A stretch of DNA of 36,340 nucleotides from Prasinococcaceae sp. CCMP 1430. Its lineage: Eukaryota > Plantae > Prasinodermophyta. The DNA is taken from positions 4,406-40,745 of the forward strand of contig RQSC01001371.1 in the NCBI GenBank assembly GCA_013416795.1, in the 5' to 3' direction. The notes under the pieces were generated by a model that was given only the letters and a program-made list of their open reading frames with translations, did no database searches and was not told the DNA's origin. Positions 29,562-36,340 of this stretch are shown piece by piece. Positions within the stretch are counted from its first letter, which is position 1. Each line of letters opens with the position of its first letter. Both the position numbers and the translations under genes were made by a program.

Positions 29562-30927
29562 ATGTCAAGTCGGCCTGCCTCAAATCGGCGTGTGTGCGCG
29601 CGCGAGGGACGGGGGGAAGAGGGGGCACGGCAGAGGGCGTGCGTGCTGAGCACGCCAGCTGCAGCCGGCCGCCCGCAGGCCCGCCCCCTCCCTCATCCCC
29701 CCTCCCTTAGCGCGCGCCCGGCCGCGCGTGCCGGGGCGCGCGCGCGGGGGGGCGATGCGGAGTCCGCGGGCGGAGCGCGCGGCGGCGGCAGGGACGGCGC
29801 GGCGGCACCCGAGGCGGCTCCGTGGCCCACGTGGACGGCTTTTCCCATTGGCGTGCTGTCAGGCGGCTGCGGCGCGCTCGTCGGCGTCGGCGGCGCGCTG
29901 GTGATGGTGCCGCTGACGCTGCGAGCGTTCGCGCTGCCGCAGCTCGCGGCAAACTCGACGGCCCTGTTGCCGAACGTCGCGACTTGCGCGGTCAGCGGAA
30001 CGATCTTCGGTGCGCGGGCTCCGCAGTGCTGCGTGCGAGGCTGCGCGCGTGGACGATTGTGCCGGCGCGCGCGGCGCTGTCGGAGCGGATGCGCTCGCGC
30101 GAACGCCGCTGACGCACGTCCCTCCTCGTTCCCCCCGCGCTGCGCAGGCTTGGGTTCGCTGGGCGAGTACGTGGATGTGCCCGCAGCCGCTCTGGCCGCA
30201 AGCGCTGCATCGCTCGCGGCGCCGCCCGCCGCGCGGCTTGCGCATCGCCTGCCGGTGTCCACGCAGAAGGTAGCATTTGCCGCCGCCATGCTGTGCTCGG
30301 CGCCCGCGGTGGCGTTCAAACCGCAGCTGCAGGCTGCGCTCGAACGCGATGAGGCGGAGGTGCCGCCTCCGCCGACCTCTTCGGTGCTCGAGCTCCCGAG
30401 CGCGCCGCGCGCTGCGTACTTCGTAGCGCTCGGTGCGTGCGTGGGTGGGGCGTCAGGTGTGATGGGCATCGGTGCCGGCACTCTCATGACGCTCGGACTT
30501 GCTCTCGGTGGGCTCCCGAGCCACAAGGCGGTGCTCGGAACCTCGTTCGTGGCACAGGTGAGTGGCGTGCAGCCTGGTGCCTCTCTAGCGAGCGCCGGCG
30601 CACGCGCGCGGGGGCGGCGTGGCGGCGCGAGGTGGGCGCGTGCCGCGTTCAGCTCTCGCACGCGCTCACACGCGCTCGGCGCTTGGGGCACCACAGGTGG
30701 GACCCAGCCTATCGGGCGCGTGGGCACACCATCGTTTGGGAAATTTGCGCACGGACCTGCTGCTGCTGCTCTGCGCCGGTTCTGCGTGCGGTGCGGCCGC
30801 CATCAGTGGCCTCGCCGCGGACGCGCGCACGCCCGACGAGGCGCTCCGCCACGTCTTCGCCGCGTTCTGTGCGATGGTCGGCGTGCAGCAGCTCAGGGCC
30901 GCGGGGAGGCTCGCGCGGCGCGCGTGA
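29562..30927 (+). CDS. TauE/SafE (TSUP) family membrane transporter; introns 30010-30147 and 30558-30696; start uncertain
   Basis: Internally duplicated 'GVLSGGCGALVGVGGALVMVP' and 'GACVGGASGVMGIGAGTLM...AVLGTS', with 'GAWAHHRLGN'. Introns join in frame. Confidence 0.82.
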
Positions 30928-31175
30928 GCACTGGCGTGCGCGAGGAGGCAGGCGCTGCCTTGTTGTTGGTGTTGTTGGTGTTGTGAATATATATACATAT
31001 CCTAGCTAGCTAGTAGACTCTCTAGGACTAGTAGAGTCACTCTAATACCGAGTCATCCAGTCGACACCGCAGGCCGCCCCCGCGCGCGCTCGCCCGCTCC
31101 TTACCTCCCCCCCACACCCCCACACCCCCACACCCCCCACAACCTCGCACACCGCCCCCACCACCGAATTCGAGC

Positions 31176-34100
31176 ATGAACGCGGCTGCTCCGCCCAACA
31201 GCCGCCGCGCGAACCGCGCGCCGAAATCGCCCGGCGGAAACCGCGCCGAACGCGGCGTTTCGACGCGCGCGCCGCGCCTTTTCGCGCGGGGCGATGGGAG
31301 GCCAAAAGGCGTCCGCGAGCGGGGAAGCGACGGGGCGGATTTCGGAGGGCGGCGCCGCGGGCGCGTTCGACGGCGGGCGGCGCGCGAAATCGGCGCGGCC
31401 CGCCGCCGCGCGGGTCGGCCCGCCGCACTCGGCCGCCTGAGGGCTTTGGACCTCAAGGCGCGCGGTGACGAGTGCGTGAGAGCGCGCAACTACCGCAGCG
31501 CGTGGGAGGCGTATACCAAGTGCCTCGCGCTGGGACGCGACGCGCTGCGCGGCGCGGCCGATCGCGGCGCGGCCGCCGGGGCGCCGCCCGAGCTCGAGGT
31601 CGCCATTCGCAGCAACCGCTCGCTCGCGTACGTCAAGGCGAACAAGTACAAGGAGGCACTGGAGGACGCAGACTTCGTGGTGGACGCCAGGCCGGCGTGG
31701 GAGAAGGGCCACTTCCGCCGCGGCGCGGCGCTCGCCGGCCTGCGTCGCTCGCTCGACGCCTTCGACGCCTTCGTCGATGCCTTCGCGGCGCTGTCGGCGG
31801 CGACCGGCGGCAGCAGTGGCGAGCGATCGAGCTCCGAGGTCGACACTGCGCTGTGGGACGCCACCAAGAAGCTCACGCGCGAGGAGCTCGCCACGCGCAT
31901 CGTCGAGTGGATCCAAGACGCCGAGGACGAGGGCACCATCGAGCCGCCCGAGCTCGAAGCTGTTTCGAAGGCCGAGATGGTCGAGGCGCTCTTCCGCCAG
32001 ATGCACGAGGACCACAGGGACAGGCCGTTCCCGCAGAAGTACTACCACGAGGTGCTGCGCTGGGCCAAGCGCGGCATGGCGCCCAAGGAGATGTACTGCG
32101 AGCGCAGCGTGTGCCACACTCGGGCGCGCGCCTTCCGCCAGGGCGCCCTCGACGCCGACCTCGCCATGGCCGCGGCGGGCGGGCGAGGGGTGCAGTGGGC
32201 GGACGCGTGGTTCCGCAAGGGCGAGGCTCACGCGGCCGACCACCAGCATCCCGACCAGGACTGGGCGGAGGCGGTCAAGGCGTACACGCGCGCGGTGGAC
32301 CTCGACCCCGACAACGCGACGTTCCAAGAGCAGCTGCGCTTCGCAGGCGGCAACCTCGGAGCCGACAAGATGACCGCGGTGCTCAACGAGTGCTACGCGG
32401 GCATGGGCGAGGCCAAGCGCGCCGCCGCGGGCGGCATTCTGGAGGAGCTGCGCGCGACCGCCGTCAGCCGCGTGGAGGCGATGTGCTGCTTCACGGCGGC
32501 CAAGGCGAAGGACTTCACGGCCAAGGCGCGCGACGGCTTCCGCGCGTGCCTCGCGGCGCGCGCGGGAGTGCCCAAGCTCAAGGTCGTCATCGAGCGCGTC
32601 AAGCCCGTGCGGCCCGTGGGCCTCGATGTGCACTTCACAGTCGTCATGGAGGAGCCCGGCCAGGGCCAGGCGCAGGCGCTGCTCGATGCTCTCACGGGCG
32701 CGGATGGCTCTGACGGCCTCGCGGGGCTCCTCGCGAGCCACGAGGGGCCGAACGCGCCGCTCGTGGCCAAGCTCGCCGCTGACATGGAGGACGAGGTCCT
32801 CGGCAGGGTGGTCGACGCCACGCCCGAGGCGCCCCCGGCGGTCCAGCAGCCAGAGGCGGTGGACCGCCCCCCCGAGCCGCGCAAGCTGGACGGCTCGCGC
32901 GAGCGCTCCCTGTACATGCCCGTGCGGCCCAAGCTCGACATGGAGCTCCCATACCGCATGTACAAGCTCGTCAGGTTCGACGGCGCCGCGGTCGAGCGCC
33001 AAGACAGGTTCGCCTTCCAGATGAGCCGCGTGTACAACCGCGCGAGCGAGCTCAAGGAGCGGACGTACGTCGAAATCATGGACGGCTCCCTGCGGTGGAC
33101 GCAGTCCGGGTCGGAGATACAGATCATCGTGCTCGGCGTGCCCGAGGGCGTTCGGGCCGCCGCTCTGGAGGTGAGCATCGACTCGCGCGAGCTGCGCATC
33201 GCGCACAAGGAGACCGGGGAGGTCTACGTGGAGGGGCGGCTCTGGCGCGCGGTCGTTCCGGAGGACTGCACTTGGACGATCAAAGACGCGGACGAGCCCG
33301 GCGCGATCACGATGTACCTGTGCAAGATGAACCTCGAGCTGCTCGCCGAGTACTGGGAGCTCAGCCACTCGTGGTGGGAGAAGCTCTTCACGCACCACGC
33401 GGGCATTCAGTGGGACGACTACGACAAGGACTACTCCGACATACCGACGGAGGTCCGGGAGCACCACGCGCGGCAAGAGGCCAAGAGCGAGGAGGTGCGC
33501 CGCATCGAGCGCTCGGACGAGCACCTCAGGGAGAAGGAGTGCGAGCGCGAGGACGTGCGCAAGCGCGAGAAGTTCCTGCGGCTCGAGCGCCTCGGCGCTG
33601 GACACTGGAGCTACGTGCACTACGACCCGCTCGCGCCGCTGTACGACGGTCGCACGGACAAGCAGCGCAAGCCCGTGTGGCTGCCGGGCGCGCCGCCCGG
33701 CGAGGGCGGCGGGGAGTACAACTCGCCGACGTCGTGCCCGAGCGACAAGTCGTTCATCGTCAACGCCACCGACTACCAGGCGACCAACGTGTCGAAGATG
33801 TTCGAGGCGTTCGAGATCAAGGACGACGACCAAGCGGAGTTCGCGCGCGCGCGTCTGAACGTCGAGGCGACCTACAGGTTCAGCCTGGACGACGAGGAGC
33901 AGACGGCGGTCACGGGCGCGCACGGCCACAAGAACGCAGACCAGATGTACGAGGAGCACGTCGAGGAGGCGGAGGCGTTCATGGCGGGGAGGGGGCTCGA
34001 GTCAAAGGCGCTGAAGAAGGCGCGCGAGCACATCGACAGGAAGAAGGCGGAGAAGGCACGCGCGACCGTCGGTGGCGTGCACGGGGCGTTCGACGAGGAC

Positions 34101-34178
34101 GGCGGGGCCGAGACCGACGACGGCGCGGTGTACGAGGTCGACGACGACGGCGACCGCGTTGTGGACGGGGTGGCGTGA
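31176..34178 (+). CDS. TPR-repeat + CS (p23/NudC-like) domain co-chaperone-like protein; start uncertain
   Basis: Two TPR clusters ('SNRSLAYVKANKYKEALEDAD...WEKGHFRRGAAL' and 'WADAWFRKGEAH...AVKAYTRAVDLDPDN'), a CS motif 'LRWTQSGSEIQI...GRLWRAVVPEDCTWTI', and an acidic tail. Confidence 0.8.
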   Translation: MNAAAPPNSRRANRAPKSPGGNRAERGVSTRAPRLFARGDGRPKGVRERGSDGADFGGRRRGRVRRRAAREIGAARRRAGRPAALGRLRALDLKARGDECVRARNYRSAWEAYTKCLALGRDALRGAADRGAAAGAPPELEVAIRSNRSLAYVKANKYKEALEDADFVVDARPAWEKGHFRRGAALAGLRRSLDAFDAFVDAFAALSAATGGSSGERSSSEVDTALWDATKKLTREELATRIVEWIQDAEDEGTIEPPELEAVSKAEMVEALFRQMHEDHRDRPFPQKYYHEVLRWAKRGMAPKEMYCERSVCHTRARAFRQGALDADLAMAAAGGRGVQWADAWFRKGEAHAADHQHPDQDWAEAVKAYTRAVDLDPDNATFQEQLRFAGGNLGADKMTAVLNECYAGMGEAKRAAAGGILEELRATAVSRVEAMCCFTAAKAKDFTAKARDGFRACLAARAGVPKLKVVIERVKPVRPVGLDVHFTVVMEEPGQGQAQALLDALTGADGSDGLAGLLASHEGPNAPLVAKLAADMEDEVLGRVVDATPEAPPAVQQPEAVDRPPEPRKLDGSRERSLYMPVRPKLDMELPYRMYKLVRFDGAAVERQDRFAFQMSRVYNRASELKERTYVEIMDGSLRWTQSGSEIQIIVLGVPEGVRAAALEVSIDSRELRIAHKETGEVYVEGRLWRAVVPEDCTWTIKDADEPGAITMYLCKMNLELLAEYWELSHSWWEKLFTHHAGIQWDDYDKDYSDIPTEVREHHARQEAKSEEVRRIERSDEHLREKECEREDVRKREKFLRLERLGAGHWSYVHYDPLAPLYDGRTDKQRKPVWLPGAPPGEGGGEYNSPTSCPSDKSFIVNATDYQATNVSKMFEAFEIKDDDQAEFARARLNVEATYRFSLDDEEQTAVTGAHGHKNADQMYEEHVEEAEAFMAGRGLESKALKKAREHIDRKKAEKARATVGGVHGAFDEDGGAETDDGAVYEVDDDGDRVVDGVA

Positions 34179-34246
34179 CCGACCGTCCTGGTCCTGGGGG
34201 GGGGGAACGTCCCCACCCTCCGCTTCGCCAATGCGAAAAAGCACAG

Positions 34247-34620
34247 TTACGATCGCTGTCGTCCGCGGCCGCGAGCGAGCGCCGCGAGCCGCGCGCGGCC
34301 GACGTCGGCGCGTTCGTCCGCCGTCGCAAGCTCCGCGCGATAGCGGGCCGCCAGGGCGGTGAGCTCCTCCACCGCGGCGGTCCTCGCCGTGCGCGCGAGC
34401 TCCGCCTCCTTGGCGCCCACCTCGTTGAGCTCGCGCTGCGCTCGTGCCTCCTCGCGCACCATGTACGCGACGGCGGCCTGGGGCGCGAGCGAGCGAGCGG
34501 CGCGCGCTCGCGCGGCGGCCGCGCAGGCGGCCTCGCGGCGCTCAGTCGCCCGCGCTCTGTTTGTCGCCCGCGTCTCGCCGTCCGCCTGCGGCGCGGCGGC
34601 GCGCGTGCCGGCGACGGCAC
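34247..34620 (-). CDS. Small coiled-coil hypothetical protein (partial model)
   Basis: 'YMVREEARAQRELNEVGAKEAELARTARTAAVEELTALAARYRAEL' is heptad-like with GC3 codons. The start is not defined. Confidence 0.35.
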
Positions 34621-34941
34621 ACGGGAGGGGAACGCCCCTTCTGCGCGGCGATCCGCGGCCCGGCCGGCGATGCTGCGAGAGACGTGTTTTAAAAATTACA
34701 TACAACATCAAAGCAACCCACGGACGAGTTCTGCGATGCGCACCTCGAAATGCACGCGCGCGCGGGATTTCTCCGGGCGATCGCTGAGCTGGCGCGCGCG
34801 CACCCTGCGCCACACCGCGCGGGGGAGGGGGAGGGGGGTGGGTGGGGAGGGGGCCGCGCCTGCACCTCGCCCCTCCCGCCCTATCCCCCCGCCCCCGCGC
34901 AGCGGCGGTTGTGGTGGGGAGAGCGCGATTGGAGGAAGGTA

Positions 34942-35976
34942 ATGGAGGGCGCGGCGGAGGGAGGAGGTGGCGAGGACCCGCGCGAGGCTTCGCTCGCCGC
35001 GCGCGCGGCCGCGCTCGTGCTCCACGGGGCGTGCGCGTACGGCCTGAGCGCGCGGGACGTGTGCGCAGCCGCGGCGGCCTGCAGCGAGTTGCGCAGCGCG
35101 GCGCGCGATGCCGCTGGCGTCGCGGCGGCCGAAGCCATCGGCAGGAGTCCCTCCACCGCGCGCGGCCTGCAGCTCGAGGAGGCCATGCGCCTCGCTGCGG
35201 TGTGCCGGTGCGTACGGAGCTTCCGGATGTGGGCGGACGCGACGCCGGTGGCGAGGCGATTCTCGTTCGCCGCGGGCGACTCGTACCGGGACGGCGGCGC
35301 GCTGGCGTCCGCGTGGACGCTCGCCGCGTGCCGCGAACACTGCGTGGCGGCCATGCCCGCATGGTTCGGGCCGAGTGCTGCGGGCGGCCCCGCCTCCGGT
35401 GCGCGCGCGCTCTCGTCGCCGGCGGCGCTGAGGAACGCGCGCGCGTTCGGCGCGCTCCTGTGTGCGGGCGTCGAGCACTACGCCGGCGGCAGGTGAGCGC
35501 GCGCGGTCGCGTCGCGCGGCCTGCCGGCTCGCGCGCGCTGCGCTGACGGGGGACGAGCGAGCCCCGCGCGCGCGGCCCTCGAGCGCAGGATGCGAGCGCC
35601 TACGGGGATGGGCATAGGCGGCTTCCAAATATATCGCATGTTCCAGGGGCGCTGTGCCTCCCTGCACACCCAGCGGCGCGACGGCGTGTGCGTCTTCCCC
35701 ACGGACGACTTCTTCGAGATGGGCGTGGGGTGGCTGCCATCCAGAGGGCCCTGGGCCGGCCAGCTGGTGCTGGCCTCGCTGGCGCTCCGCCGGTACATCC
35801 CGCCCGGCGGCTCCCATTACCGCGCGGTGCACGCCGTGCGCCTTCCGCAGAGCGATCCGGCGCTCCTGCGACGCGTGCGCGCCCGCGCGCGCGCGCGGAC
35901 CGGCGCGCACCAGCGCCGCGCCGCTGCGCCGGGCGGCCCAAGCGGCGCGGCAGCGGACGCGACGTGCGTCACGTAG
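34942..35976 (+). CDS. Hypothetical protein with possible degenerate F-box; exons 34942-35492, 35589-35976
   Basis: An intron with ag|gtgagc donor, gctgac branch point and cgcag| acceptor joins two ORFs in frame. 'LSARDVCAAAAACSELRSAA' resembles the second half of an F-box. Confidence 0.55.
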
Positions 35977-36340
35977 TATCTGAATGCATTTTGATGTCAC
36001 CAATGATCGCCCGTGGGTACTAACAGGACTGCCGCGAGGGGCGCGAACACATGTTTTCGTGTGCGGCGCGATGCGGAAATTCTCGTAACGCGTTCCCCGT
36101 AACGAGTGCGTCGTGCGCGCACGCGCGCACGACGCGCGCACACCGCGCGCGCACGGCGCGCGCACGGCGGGCCGGGGAACGCCCCGGGCAGCTTTGGGGA
36201 GGGTGGGTGGCGCCGAGGAGGAGTTCGAGGGTGAGGAGAGGCGGGCCGGCCTCGCTGGGCCCCCGGGCTGCGCCCGCGCGGGCCGCGACGGGCGCGTTGG
36301 CGCCGCCGCGATGGCATCCGAGGCCGGAGGCGACGCCCCC

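Noticed and set aside
1-36340. Transposase, rRNA or tRNA genes
   Set aside because: No recognisable motifs or cloverleaf structures were found by eye.

Overview
Gene-dense, very GC-rich eukaryotic DNA with short spliceosomal introns (GTGCGC/GTGAG donors, CTGAC branch points, YAG acceptors). It is most consistent with a green alga or prasinophyte-like genome (inference). The window is a draft scaffold with N junctions at 3554, 14253-14254, 26013-26586 and 28790, and several gene fragments sit at those junctions. Recognisable genes: DOMON-cytochrome b561, acyl-CoA dehydrogenase, a mitochondrial carrier, a TMEM115-like protein, APH-1, an RCC1-repeat fragment, an ankyrin protein, a histone H1 globular domain, FGAM synthase (PurL), class II FBPase (GlpX), a GMC oxidoreductase fragment, a TauE/SafE transporter, a TPR-CS co-chaperone and an F-box-like orphan. 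The centre (8.3-18.3 kb) holds a tandem family of ~1,050-1,100 aa EF-hand/single-TM proteins: two full copies (A, B) and one truncated copy (C). Each full copy has R-x-L motifs, a possible ependymin-like domain and a Cys/Trp-rich C-terminus. The most striking observation is that four 55-56 nt tracts in copy A are the exact base-by-base complement, NOT the reverse complement, of the aligned tracts in copy B. No known mutational mechanism does this. The near-constant length and position next to SNPs point to a k-mer-sized assembly bug, but this needs raw-read or PCR checking.
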